Shown piece by piece: positions 10,899 to 24,620 of a stretch of 64,000 nt of DNA. The notes beneath the pieces are model-generated. The model did not search any database, was not told where the DNA came from, and saw only the letters and a list, made by a program, of their open reading frames with translations. The first letter of the stretch is position 1. Every line of letters begins with the position of its first letter. A program made the translations under genes and the position numbers. Origin of the DNA: Pelomyxa schiedti (taxonomy: Eukaryota > Protista > Evosea); contig JAHLWZ010000858.1 in NCBI GenBank assembly GCA_020536535.1, forward strand, positions 1 to 64,000. The letters run 5' to 3'.

Positions 10899-13255
10899 TT
10901 AGTCGTGTAGCTTTCTGCATACGGTGCACGTGAGAAGCATTACAGAGCATAAACCCACGAGAGCCACAGTCAACAGCGCAACTATTTGCGTGATCAGTTG
11001 TGAGGGTGGAGAGATAAGTGGGCTACTTTTTCTTTGTAATGACCACGGGGCTGGCTTCAACTTGTGTACTTGCTTGGCAATCTCTATTGTTGCACCGACT
11101 GTCTCCATGAGCAACGCATCTTTATCAACAAGCATGAGCTTTGAGATGTGTTGGCCATTTCTATTCATATGTTGGTCAGTTTAGTTAGTCTCAGATCAAA
11201 CCTCAATTTTAAATCAATGGGGGATTCGACAACGGCGTTTGGGTAAATTTCTTTCACTTCTTGAGCTATGACACCATGTCTTGGCTGTCTAGTGTGGTCT
11301 ACTTCTTCCTATCATTACAAAAAAATATGTGAGCAGATAGGTGTCCCTCTTAGGTTTCAGAGAACCTTCATAGTGTACTCGTAGAGTTTCACTTGAGTGA
11401 GCTTTTCCAATTGCTCAGATGTATCCAAAGGCTTGATGTTTTCTTTGATTCTAATATCTATTATAACTGTCAAATGAAATTTTACGGGGAGAAGAGACCT
11501 GAAGGTTGGTGGATTGTCCCTGTCAGAGCTATGTTTCCCATAACTGTGAGCGCTTCAGCTGGATGTTTGGTGTTGATACCAACTTTCCCATCAAACACGG
11601 TAATTTTTGTTGAGTGCGAGTTGCTGGTGTCTGTTAAAGAATTATTTTATAGGTAGTTTGAGAAATGCATCCCGACCTCCAATGCTCGGAAGTTGAAGTG
11701 GAACAGACTTGACTGTGTCACTTGGCTCCTAGTGGTTCACAGTTCAGGATTGGCAGAAACAAAAGGGCTATACCTTGACTTTGGGAGAGTATTTGCCAGG
11801 GTGGTTTCCTCGGACAATGAGGGAATCAGAAATCTTTGATAAAATAGAGAAATCGGAGGCTCGAGTGTGGACGGATAGTGTTACTATGACTCGAAAAAAT
11901 TCTTGCTGAGAGCATGTAAGAGGCAAATATGACAGAGAGATAAACTTTTTTGTTATCAGAATTGTGTGAGGTAGCCTTGGCAAAGTACAGTTTGGGGAGA
12001 ATGCACTTCATATAGTAAGGTTTTAAAGCAAAAAGAGATTTTTCCTACAACCTTTTGACCTTGTACGCAAGAAAAAAGACATGGGCTCTTTTGTCTTTTC
12101 TCCCTTGTTACAGTTGAGTAATATAAATCGACCTATTATTATTTTTGACTTCACAATACCAACAACTTGCTGCAGGTGGAAATTGATACCTGCTTTGGTG
12201 GTGTTGTGTCAGCAATGATTGCTGATACTGCATAGGACAGGGACTCTATTTGCTCCAGTTTGTCTTCATTCAATACGTATCTTTAAACAATTAAAAAAAA
12301 AATATAAAATAAAATCATACTGGACTGGAGAGCAGCTGTTTGTGACAAAAGTACAACTCATTTTGAGTTGGTTTCTCCTATAGTGTATGAAGGAATTTGT
12401 TTCTGAACTGAAAGAGTATCCTCCAGATTCTATGGCAATGTCATATCCCCTAGAGAATATTGGAGACTATTTACATTAAGAAATAATGTTACGTTGGTTG
12501 CATATTGGCATCATATAATACAGTGCAGGGGGAAATTAGATAGGTCCATGATAATACGTTTGAAGGAGAAATGGCACAAGAAAATGGCGGGTCTTCTGCA
12601 GGCCGTTTCTTCCCTGCTAGTGTGTCAGGCGAATCCAAGGTTGTAGAGGGTGGATTGGTTGCTTGAAGTTGTGCAGTTGCTGGTGATGTTGTACTGGGTG
12701 TGGAATTCAGCAGAGACGATGTTGGTGAAGTGGAAGCAGTGTTGGTGTATTGATAATCCTTTTTTTTAAGTGTGAGTTATTGTGCTTGTGGCAGAGGTAT
12801 GAAGGCAGTTACCTTGGGTACAGCATCTGGCGCATTACCGATACAGAAATGAATATAACATTAAAACGAAGGCTACGAATATCAACCTGTACTAGTGGAA
12901 GAACTGACAGGCGCCAGTGGGAGAGGCAAAAACGGAGTAGTATCAGAAACTGAGGGTGGTGATATTTGCCCGAAATTTTGTACATAGTCAGGTGTAAACG
13001 GAAACGGGGGTTGCAGAGGTGTATCAGGTTGATAAAGGCTGAAAGGAAAGCCTAAAGTCGTGTCCGCACCCTCAACATTGAAGTACGGAGAACTAGGAGG
13101 AGCATTGTTCCTTTATGCGTGTGAGGGAAGACAGGGGCTGGTGAAGAATCAATAAATAATATCATTTTATAGCACGCGAGGGAAAAAACGATATTATGAC
13201 ACAGTATCCGGGAATTGGTGACAAACGCCACAACAGAATCGGCAGCACCGGCCAT
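10899..13255 (-). CDS. MYRF: MYRF/MrfA-like membrane-tethered transcription factor (Ndt80-type DNA-binding domain, peptidase S74 intramolecular chaperone, TM helix)
   Basis: Pro-rich N-terminus; SDSLIVRGNHPGKY (end of Ndt80 domain); spliced PSDIRIKENIKPLDTSEQL; HGVIAQEVKEIYPNAV; VDKDALLMETVGA; hydrophobic C-terminal helix. Start approximate. Confidence 0.85.
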
Positions 13256-13543
13256 TTGTTTGTTCAATGAACGCGCCAAGGAGAGATCTGTAACTTTTAA
13301 TTGGAAGTCCGAGTCACTGCGACTGTGGGGTTCAGAGCAAACTTCCTCATGAGGCTCCAGAAGCGAGCGAGGCTGGAGAAAGGAATCCCCAGGCGGAGAC
13401 CAACTTGGTCTGACCTGGGCCCATCAAAACAGAGCCCAAGGTCAGTGCACTTTTGAGAAACAAGTTTGATTTCAAAGGGCAAGCAACCCGAAGAAACGAA
13501 AAAAAAAGAGAAAAAAGAAAAAAAAAAAACCAACGCAAACACG

Positions 13544-14470
13544 ATGCAAAGGCGGTCGTTTATACCAGCTGATGAGGTCAAGGAGCTCGCAGCGAGCTTT
13601 CCAAACCTTTTTGCTTTTGCTGAGTCTTTGTTGCCCATGGCCCAATCGTACTTTTTTTTTCCCTGACGTGTGGGAGTGGGTCTGTTTGGGGTGTGAGGCC
13701 CTCTTACTTGTAATTAATCTTATGCTGTAGGTACGCTGTAGCGCCTGTAAGTAAGTTCTACGTTGGGGCTGTTGGGATTGGTGTGAGTGGGGCTATTTAC
13801 CTTGGCGGGAACCACGAGTTTCCCCAGGCGGCGATTTGTTTCACAGTCCACGCGGAACAGTGTCTGTATGCCAATGCACGAATGCACGGTGAAAATGCTC
13901 TCTCTGCGTTATTTGTAACAGCAGCCCCGTGCGGACACTGCCGCCAATTCTTGGCGGAGTTCCACCCTCTGGATTCTTTCCCTGTTACAATAACCGGTAA
14001 GCCCACGATGGTCTTAGGCCAGCTCCTGCCGCTAGGCTTTACAGGGTATTACTCCATGTATAGAGACTCCACACTCGTACCTAAACTTGTTAAATAGGAA
14101 GGATTTCCTCCCAGAGTCAGGAACACCCAAAACATGTTGTACCACCCCGGCCACTGACCGTGTGCACGCAGCAGCAATTGAAGCAGCTAAGCTTTCACAC
14201 TGCCCGTACACTGAAAACAATTCCGGCGTAGCATTAGTATATGCAGATAATACCATTTTCACGGGGCAGTACCTCGAAAACGCCGCATTCAACCCCAGCA
14301 TGAATCCACTTGTAGTAGCACTCATGATGGCCCATCTTGCAGGCAAAGCTGAACCACCAGTGAGATGTGTCTTGGTGGAGAGTGGAGATCGTTTTCCCAA
14401 TCAAGGAGCCGCGCGCCTCCTGCTGCAAACCATAGCCCCCGCTGCACACCTAGAGATCTTTAGACTATAA
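13544..14470 (+). CDS. cdd: Cytidine deaminase, homodimeric two-domain type (E. coli Cdd / plant CDA-like)
   Basis: SKFYVGAVG, TVHAEQ, PCGHCRQFLAE zinc motif, and second domain SHCPYT...YLENAAFNPSMNPL; two short introns. Confidence 0.93.
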
Positions 14471-14652
14471 TACAACTTACCGTATCCCTGTTGTATCGCT
14501 TTTATGCCGTGACGACTCCTGAAAAGTAAACAAAAAGTGAGATCTTTGTTTTCGCTTTTTTTAAAAGCGAAATTGTGATTGGGCGTGAGTAGTTTGCCGG
14601 CGTGTCATCGTTGTGCGAGGACGACGAGTGAGATCGCATTTTTACAAAAAAA

Positions 14653-17600
14653 ATGGGGAACCGTTTGGCCCTGACGCAGCAGGCGTTCAACATTGAGTTC
14701 TATGTGCACGATGTGCCTCGGTTTTCACTTGCGAGGTTGATAGGCAAAGGCCGCTTTCTCAAGACATTGCAAGGTTCACTGGCCCGAGAACAAGACCACC
14801 ACGACATCGTTGTCAAGGTGTTTCCGAAATGGGACCCAAATGACACTCCTGCATTACAAGAGCAAATTGTACGGCTGAAGGGTAGGTAATGCCCCATTGG
14901 CGGGGAAGCACCTCTAGCCGTCAATTCTGATTGCGGAAATCAAGGTATAAGAGATGCCTACCTACGTGTGGAAAATCCCAATGTATTTCCATTTGTGAGT
15001 TTTTTGGAAACAGAAAAAGCTGGTTTGTTGCACTCCCCACTGGGTTCTACCTTACAATGTTAGGCTATATGATCCGTCAATACTTTGCGAATAATTTATC
15101 TGACCGTATAAGGTTAAACTTTGAGGGTGCTACTCTGAACAAACTTATTTTACAGCACACTTCCTTTCCTTACAATTGAAGACAAACTGTGGATTACCTA
15201 TCAGCTGTTGCGTGGTGTAGAACAATCACATAAACTGAAAATCTGTCATGGAGATATTAAAGTTGATACTCTTTTATAATTTCTTTTTTAATGCTTGGTC
15301 AGTGTGAAAATGTGATGCTTACAAGTTCTAATTGGGTGTTCCTTTCAGATCCCGCTCCATATAAGCCAGTATATCTGCCTGAGGTACTACAACAGAAATA
15401 GTTCTGTTACTTATGTCTTTAATAGGATAACCCTGCTGACTTTTCTTTCTTTTTCGATAATATGGGTCGACGCACTTGCTATATTGCCCCTGAGAGGTTT
15501 CTGTTTTCCTCCTTTTGTGATCTCCAATTTAGAAACAAAAGATTCTACAAGAGTGGAACTCCACCACCTTCAGGGAAAGAACTTGAACTTTCAATGGACG
15601 TATTTTCTTTGGGGTGTGTTCTGCAGTTTTTCTACTGCTCTGAAAAGACTCAGATGTGTGATTGCTGAATTGTTTCTTGAGGGAACTCCTCTATTTGATC
15701 TATCACAACTTCTTGATTACCGGTATTTGGTTTGTTTTTTTTTTTTAGCACTGTCCAATGAAAGCTCAAGAAAAGGAGACTATGACCCATCATCTACCAT
15801 ACACAGAATTCCTGTTTTAGCTATCCAAGATTTGGTCTCTCATATGGTTCAAAAAGTACCTGAACGAAGAAAGACTGTTTCTGAGTATCTGAGTACCTGG
15901 TAGGAAAATATGCCTTCCAATTTCTACTTACAAGTTGTAGGTCTGGGACTGGATTCCCCTACTTTTACAATGACTTTCACTCACTAGCATCACACTTGAA
16001 TCGAATGGCTCCAGATGATAGAATCATGGCAATAAGTAGGCAAATGAAAGACATTCTGGTGACTGTGAACGCAGTACAATTATGTGAAGAAGACGACGGG
16101 GACGAGCAGCATTCCAAAGCTTGTTCACACCACTCCCAAGTATAACTTTACGCATTAGCACTCTGGAATTTATCTCATTTAGGTTATGGAGACTATAAGT
16201 TCTGAAACCTTCCTGCACTACCCCAGTTCACAACCAGCATCCCCTTTAGTAGGAGAACTGCCACCTTCCAGCTATGCTCAGTTTTATGACTCTGGTCCCT
16301 CCCCTTCCCCGACGGTGACAGTGACAGCATCAACACTACCGGGAAGGCCAGCACCTTCTGAAAGTTTGGTCATTTTCCTTGCTCTTCTTACCTCCTGTAC
16401 CCGGAGTGCTAAGGTTGAAGTTGTCTAAGGTAATTCTGCCAATACTCACTTTATCTAGCTTGCATCTTCTCGGTTGGTTCTCTTGAAACTGTTCCGAAAT
16501 TTTGCAAAATATGTTGGAGATGAAGCCCGGATGCAACGTCTACTACCCTACACAGTCTCTTTACTATCTGATGAAGCACCACTAGTGCGTGCTGAAGCAC
16601 TGAAAACTCTCGCATATGTGGTATGCCCTTTTGGGCTCAACAAGCAATTCTTATTATTACAACAGCTGAAACACGTTAATCATCTGCCTTCAAGTGACAC
16701 TCTCGTTTTCCCAGAATACATTTTGCCAGCATTGCAACATCTCAAATTTGAGGAAAAACACGAAATTGTTCGCTTGACTTTTGCTCGTTATTTGCCAATA
16801 TTGGCAGATTCCTCTCGTAGATTTCTTGAAGCTGCACATGTACCACTTCCCCCTTCAATTGAAATATTTATCTTCTCGATAGCTCTACAGACAAAAGTCT
16901 CTTTCGGGCACCAAGGCATTAAATCAGCAACAAGTATGCTTAAAATGATAGAAAGTGATAAGCGTCAAAACAATTGTAGGAAAACTTTGACACTGAACTG
17001 GTTGCCCTGCACAAGGGATTTCATGATATAGTTCAGGATTTATTGGTATGACTGCATCACATAAATTGGTAATTTTCCCTAACAGTTTATCAGACCAGAT
17101 TTGTCACAAGTCCAATAAAAATTGCTTTTACCACAGTAACACTCCGTTCTCCAATTGCACTTTCTTCCTAGAAATGATACATTTCAGGATGTGACCCGCC
17201 TGTGCACCTTTTTTGGCCACCAACGAACTAATGACTTCTTGTTACCGCTTATTATCTCCTTTTTAAATGACAAAGACTGGAGACTGAGGTTTTTAAAAAA
17301 CAAAAAAGGGAAAGTACAAATCCTCTAACTACATGTAGGTGCACATTTTTTGTTCATATCGTTGGAATTAGCTTGTTTGTTGGCCAGCACAGTCTGGAGT
17401 CTTTCATTCTTCCCTGCATTCAACAAGCTTTTTATGGTTTGCCTGCCACTTTGGTTGTCTCCCTCATTTTCTACAGACCAGGAAGAGTTTGTTATAGACA
17501 AGGCAATAAGCAGTGTTGCTTGTCTCTGCGACTTGGGCTTATTTCGTTCTCACTGTATGTATGAGTTGTGTGAAAAAGTGGCACCATTACTTCTTCACCC

Positions 17601-20419
17601 AAACGTATGGATTCGTTACGGTAACCTCTCATTCTGTCTCAGGCTTTTTTTTTTTTTACATTATGACAGGGGCCATTGCTGTCATTGACTCTATTTGCAA
17701 AAAGAGATCTCTTACCGATGTTCACTGCTTTATACTACCTCGGATAAGACCCTTTATTGTCCACCCTCTTCTTCACATCACTCAAGTCAGCCTTCTTCAA
17801 AGCTTGCATCCACCAGTAACTTTTCTTAACTGTCCTGTACCGGAATTAACTTGGTAAGGTGTCCCGTACTGCGTTTCAAAAGGCAATAGACCTTAACTTG
17901 ACGTCTATTTCCCCATCACCACCATGCCAATTAACTGTTACACCATTTACTCTGAAGGTGTGGTAGTTACTATTGTCTCCCGGGTGAACCTCATTTATGA
18001 TTTTTTACAGAAGAGTCCTCAGCTTACCCCAGAAGAAGAAGGATGGACAATAAACCTAAAACTCAAGGCAGCATTGGAGCAAGTTCAAATCAGCCCATCC
18101 GATGTCACGAAGATACTTAAAATGGAACACTATATTATTGCACTCTCAAATAAAGGTTCCAAATAATACACTCTCATACCCACTAAGTTCCTCACACCAA
18201 AAATAGCCAGTAGAAGAGAAGAAGAAGCCACAGGCCTGTCCACAGAAGAAACCTTCTTAAGGAGATCATTTGCCCGCCACTCTTCATCCTCACAACAACT
18301 TGCACATAAACAAGAAGCAGAATCAACACGCAATTCATCAGACCAAATCACGAATGTGGCGTCCACTAGTCCACCCACAGGATCTCTTGGAGCCTCTGCC
18401 CCTGTAACAAATATAACAACTCCTGGAGGGCCAGCAGATGTTCTACCCACACCACCAAGTAGCATTTCCGGAATAGGAACATCGTTAGCAGCACATATGA
18501 GTAGATCAGCCAGAAGACCCAACCTCTTGAACTTACCCTTTTTCAGACTTAGGACCACTGGTCGGCCCTATTGTTGACAAGGATATGATTCGTGACTTTA
18601 AGTGCGTTTGCATGCCACTTTTGCTGTCCATTTAATTTTGCATAGACCCACAGGTATCCCAGTCGGTCATCTATGTGAGCACACAGCTGCAATAACACAG
18701 CTCAAAATCAGTCAAGATAATATATTTTTTGCCTCTGCTTCAAAGGACGGATCTGTCAAGGTTTTTTTTTCCCTTGCCCCGTTCAACCCTGAGGTTATAT
18801 AGATCTGGGATTCCAAACGCTTGGAGAAGCATGTAACAAATAGATCCAGAAAAACTTTCACATTTGATCAGGGCAAGGTCACATCACTCACTATTTGTGA
18901 TAACAGTCACAGGTTGGCTCCCTTTTGGTTTCTAAGTTAAGTTATAACATTACCAATAGTATTGCGGCTGCCACTGATACTGGGTCCATTGCCCTCTTCA
19001 AAGTTGAAGTCTCAGACGCCACTGCAAATACGCCACACAGGTTTCTCTACGGCCAAGATGCCTGTGCTGTTCTAATGTAAACGTTCAGGTACAATAGGGT
19101 AACTACTCTGAAAACGTGTGAGAATACAGGTGGGTCAGTTGTTCAAGTGGATAATTTCCAGGCTGGAGAACAATTTGTGGTTGTGTATGCCACCTCCCGT
19201 GGACAAATAGCTGGCTGGGATATAAGGTAACACCACTTTTTGTACCCACTGTGTTATAATAATATGACTGGAAAAAGAGCACCAGCAGATAAACGGGGTG
19301 AAGCCTTTGTGATGCACAGTGACCCTAAATATGGTGTACTTCAAACATTTGTTCTTGGTCCTGAAAACAACTGGCTGGTCTCTGGAACTTGCAGGTATTC
19401 CCTGCCTAGTATGAATTTCCTAACTCGAGTTATCCAGAGGCTACTACACAATTTGGGATCTGCGGTTTTGCCTTCCAGTTCGTTTTTGGAGACACCATTC
19501 CAAAAGTCGCATCTACAAGTAAGAGTGATGTGAATTGAGAGGAATAACGAAATTCACACTCTTCTAAGGCTCATACACCGGCAATCAACTGAGATTATAT
19601 CAGCATCAGGCTGTGATGAGGTAGTTGTCTGGGATGTGGCAAAAGATGCAGTCAAGCTCGTTTTCCAGACGAATAGTGGTTTCACAGGTGGTGGAACGAA
19701 TATTCCCACTACAACTCAGCCGCCTCTCCAAAGTCCTCTTCCACCAATGGACTACGGCTCCAACGAGCTTCAAGACATCGACTCTGTTCTAAACACCATC
19801 CCTTCAGCCTCATCCATATTGAAAACAACCCGCGCAAACTACAGTCCAACAGCATCACTAACAGCGAGTGCCACCGCAAGTCCCACGAGCTCTGGTATAG
19901 CAGATTTTGGAGCCAGCAATAGCAGTAGCAGTGGAACGCAGTACGTGCAGTCTCTAGTCCGGCCACGCACCCTTGCGTTGATGTGTCACAAAACCAACTT
20001 TGTAATGACAGCTGGTTCAGGCAAGCATTCCCCTTTACCCACCGTCTTTCTCACGCTCTTCCCCCTTTGCACTCACAGACAGATGCATACGCTACTGGGA
20101 CACCACCGGCAGGGAGAACTCGTACACCGTGTGCGGGCCAGACGACGCCTCCGAGCTGTACACCTCGCAGAAGGAAGAGAACGTGCTGGTGTTGCGGTGC
20201 AAGCCGGTGCTGTCGCTCCCCCCTGCCACTTCCATCACCCCGACGGCCAGCAGCATTGTCACGCTGCCGCCAGAGTACTACTCGTCAGTGCCGTACAAGA
20301 ACAGCTGGCTGCGGACCGTGGTGCACCAGAGCCCAATCGTCGACCTTGGAGTTCTCCAGGTTCCTCACAACTTGCTGCTCAGTGCATCACGTGATGGTGT
20401 GATCAAAGTGTGGCGATGA
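14653..20419 (+). CDS. VPS15: Vps15 / PI3K regulatory subunit 4 (kinase, HEAT repeats, WD40)
   Basis: Myristoylatable MGNRL; [10 protein letters not shown]; CHGDIK; [11 protein letters not shown]; HEAT repeats ([34 protein letters not shown]); WD40 ending [12 protein letters not shown]. Confidence 0.95.
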
Positions 20420-20677
20420 ATCAAATCATTTTTGATGATTCTGTTAAAAACAACTGTTCCTTTTTGACAGGTAGACCAAACCCGGTGCTTCTTCCCCCCC
20501 CGTTAAATTTTTTCTTTGGGTAGCAGTTTTGACTTGAACTAGGTTGACTGTGCTTAGAACTGAAAAAGTTGTAAAAAGAGAGAACACTGATATGGTTTTT
20601 GTGTGATATCTTTTGTGCCCAAACGCTGTTATCGTGGTTGTTGGGTTTTAGGACAATGGTTGTATCTGATTGCCCCG

Positions 20678-21559
20678 TCAGCCCGGGTCATTCTCCACGA
20701 TTGCTATGGAACTCGCCGATATAACTTTTCTGATGATGCCACAGTGCTGACCATCACTGATGACATCTTCAATAGGACATAAGTTAGAGTGCTATGTATC
20801 TCGTGTGAGGAAATTTATTCGGCCGGGGGCGAGGAGCATTTTGCGGGGAACGTGATCGTTGTAACCCTGCCATGTTTCCTCTGTAGAAAAATGAGTTGTT
20901 TGGAGTTGCCAGGCTGGCGCACCTTTGAAGACAATCGACTGCGTTCCATCTGCTTCTCTGCCTATGGAACATGACCCAGTGCTTATATCTAATGCAACTC
21001 CTGGGTCATCCCCTATTTTTGCACACCACTGATCAGATGTCCATTTGTAGTCAAAGCCTGGAGTGATCTCCAGTTCCTGGACATTCGTGTCTGGCGAGCT
21101 GTAGCATCCCCCCTTCAATTTCCTCTCCCCGCGCCACCTGCCAACCAGGTCCGACAGTGTCATATTAGCCAGTTCCATTTCGTTGTTTATATTCCCTCGC
21201 TCATCTCGTACCGTCGGTGCCCTAACTTCCTACGTTAAAACGGGTTCTAAAAAGTAATGGCCAAGGAAATAAATGTGCAGGAAGGCATACCATCATAGCA
21301 CCACACGTCGTCCACAATGAATTTGTACTGATGCTTGCCCCGCAATGGCAGTTGCACGGTCGCTGCCCAGAAAGTAGGGCCGTACCCCTCTTGTCTTTGT
21401 GTCATTGGCAGTGGCTTCCAGTCAGAAAACGCGCCACACAAGCTCGCTCTGCTTCCCCCGTGCACCCACCTGATTTCGACACTGACTTTTGGTGCTGTCA
21501 GTTGCGAAATTGGGACGGTTAAAGTGACACGCACCTGTGGGCTCGTCGGTTTGGCTCAT
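20678..21559 (-). CDS. AMPK-beta-type glycogen-binding (CBM48-like) domain protein with unrecognised C-terminal domain
   Basis: VEIRWVHGGSRASLCGAFSDWKPLPM...GKHQYKFIVDDVWCYD...NNEMEL; downstream exons not recognised. Ends approximate. Confidence 0.75.
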
Positions 21560-21723
21560 ACGTCACTGAATGAGAAGAAGATGTTTCGGAATCTGTTCGA
21601 AATCAAAAGGGGCAACTCACCCTTTTGATTCTTTGATTGGGGCAATAAAAGAATCAACCCTGTCATTTTCTCCTTGCAACTGTACACTTTTTCTTTTTTA
21701 CAAAACCAATGGAACCTCTGCAG

Positions 21724-23082
21724 TCATAGGTAAATGTAGATCCAGGAACCTGTGAACCAGAATGCAACAATAGAGGCCACAGAAACTAGAGTTAACAGTG
21801 CTGACAACATGAGGCCAGCAATCACCATTCTCTTTGGATAGCCCTTGATCAACATTGCCATCAAAATTACTGTCGCCGGTAGTACTGAGGCACCAAGGAA
21901 TCCCCCAATACAACAGATGGGAATACTATGTAGATTCTTCCAGATAACCCCCACAGTAATAAGCACAGCAATAAAGAAGGCATCAAGGAAAAGGAGAACC
22001 CAGGTGGCAATGATGTGGGATGTGAAAATGGTGTACTGTTTTATGAGAAGTTAATTGGAGGAACAGACAAAATGGAAATCAACCTTCGGAACACTCACAA
22101 TAGAGTCATGTGAGAGACCACAAAACAACCTGCACACATTTGCAATGTAAATCGTGCTCAACATCATGTAAACTACTTGAAAAATGCACCAGCATGGCCA
22201 GAAGAGAAACCAGTATTCTGTTCCCATGAAAAAGATTCCCCAGGTAAACCCAACTGTCAAGTCCATTAATCCCCCAAAGGCGAATACAAGAATAGTCCCT
22301 GTTTGAGGTGCTTAGCACTAATGTAGATGTATGGTTGAACCTGAAAGGCAGACGTTCCTCCACATGAACAACGCAGAGCCACCAAACCAATGCAGGTAAA
22401 GGGCAATCAGACATGTGGTTATTCCTAGAAGTCCGAGTGGCCAAAAACCTATTGACGCGACCTAATTCAGGCGTGATTATCCAAAAGCAGTTCATTTCTG
22501 CATACCGAGAGGATGAAGTTGGCGACGAGTAATACCACCCATTTCGCAGAAATTGCGTTCCTCTTATGTGGAGATTCACACAAAATCGACAGATTCGAGG
22601 ATCCCCCAAACCCTCTGGAGTTGATGAATGAGAGTGTGGCGTGTTATAATGGTTGGAAGACGTACGTGTGAATGTATTCCTTCACAGAACAATGCTTTGG
22701 CAACATTGAGCGGTTTTCGGGAAACAAGGCACAGCCCAATGCAAACCCCTTGAGGCTCATTTTCCCGTTCTTCTCGTGTTCCACCATGTTCGCGATTCTC
22801 TCAATTTCAAACTGTGAGGCTCCTTTGTGGTCCTGTCTCCATTGTTGTTTCACATCCTCGACTGACACAAGATTCTCCTCTGCTTCTCTGTGAGAACAGC
22901 AACGAAACGTAAATTGTAAAACAGAACACACCTGTTCCAGCTGTTGTGAGAGTGTTGAAGAGTGACAAACAGCTTTCCCAGTGATCAGGAGGAATCAAAG
23001 AGAATTCGGGTCGGACTTGCTGTTTCGCATCTGCCCCTTTCTTGGCATCAACAAAGACCTCCTTGAGCTCAACATGAGACAT
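21724..23082 (-). CDS. Multi-pass membrane protein with N-terminal EF-hand/EH-like region (paralogue A)
   Basis: Exons align with the adjacent + strand paralogue (FSLIPxDxWE, NLVSVEDVK, SLKGFALGCALFPENRS, YPKRMV, FWFTG); several hydrophobic helices. Confidence 0.75.
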
Positions 23083-23320
23083 GTCTGACTTCCTTGTTTT
23101 TTGTTTTCTTTTTTTATTCAGTGGAGCAAGCAAATTGAATGGCTGCTGTGGTTCATAATTGGTGGGCGTTCTACCCATTATAGAAAAATGCAGATGTCGT
23201 CACCCCAAGTTCAACGCACGGTTTTCAGTTCGAGATCAAACTCTCAGCGAAAGAGCAACATGGTTCCCACCCGGTTCGATTTAAGTGGAATGAAGCAACC
23301 TGCCTCAAACTACCAAAAAA

Positions 23321-24537
23321 ATGCATTCAATCTCACCCGAACTGAAGCACGTGGAACTCCAGGAGGTGATTGTGCAGGAGAGTGTCGAACCGTTCTCTGA
23401 ACAAACTCAACCGAAGTTCTCTTTGATTCCATCGGACCTTTGGGAACAGAGTCTGACACTTTTCAACACTCTGCCGAGACCGTCAAAAGGTGCCCACTTG
23501 GTTTCGTTGGCCACCTTAGTGATTGACCCTCTTTCTACTGTATGCAGACAACAACCTCGTGTCGGTCGAGGACGTGAAGAAGCAATGGACGCTGGACCAC
23601 AAGGAAGCTTCGCGGTTCGAAATTGACAGCATCACAAACATGGTGGAACAAGAAAAGAAAGGAACGATGATGAGCCTCAAGGGGTTTGCGTTGGGTTGTG
23701 CCTTGTTCCCTGAAAACCGCTCAGTGTTGCCACAATATTGCTCTGTTAAAGAATACATTCACACGTATGTGAAGTGCTTTCATAGCTATTTCTTTTCTAA
23801 AGGAAAAAAAATGCAGAGGGTTCCGGGGGTCCTCGACCTTGTCAATTTTGTGTGAATCACGGCAGATTAGATTGACAATGCTGGCGTTATGGGTTCTTAT
23901 GTTTCTCGTCAACTGGATCTTCACAATTCCGTTTGCCATTTACTTGCATTGGTTTTGGCATTCAGTGTTGTTCACGTGGAAGAACGAGCACCTCACAGCA
24001 AGTGCCATTCCTTTTTCCATTGTGGCGTTTGTGACACTGGGAGTTGGCGGTGGATTGCAATTCGTGCCAATGCTGATAGTTTTCTGCATCTTTGAACTGA
24101 TATACGTTGTTCTGAGCACGATTTACATTGGAAATGTGTGCAGGCTTTTCTGCGTCATGTCACATGACACTGTTGTCCCTGTTCCCCAGGTTTCTTTCTC
24201 CCTTTTTTTTTCCCCATGCATAACATAAATCAGTACACTGTGTTCACATCACATACAATTACTGCATGGGTGTTTCTTATCCTTTATTCAATCTTGCTTG
24301 TTGTGTTCATCATCTTGGGAATCGTCGAAAACGACGTGCATATTGCCCCAATCTCTGGCATTTTGGTCTTCTTTGGTGCCGGCAGTCTGTTTTCTGACCG
24401 CCATGCTGGTCAAGGGATACCCAAAGAGAATGGTTGCTGCTGGTTTCATTTTAGCAACAGTGTTGACTGTTGCTTCCGCCGCCGCGGTGGTTGGATTCTG
24501 GTTCACTGGCCGTTGGATCCCCGATTACGGCGACTGA
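23321..24537 (+). CDS. Multi-pass membrane protein with N-terminal EF-hand/EH-like region (paralogue B)
   Basis: Same motifs and similar intron positions as 21724-23082, in opposite orientation. Confidence 0.75.
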
Positions 24538-24620
24538 TGCGAGACTGCTTTGAGATTGTACAGTAAAAAATTTTTGTTTTTTTCTATCTGGATTTGTCTT
24601 TTCTTTTCTTTTTCATTTCG

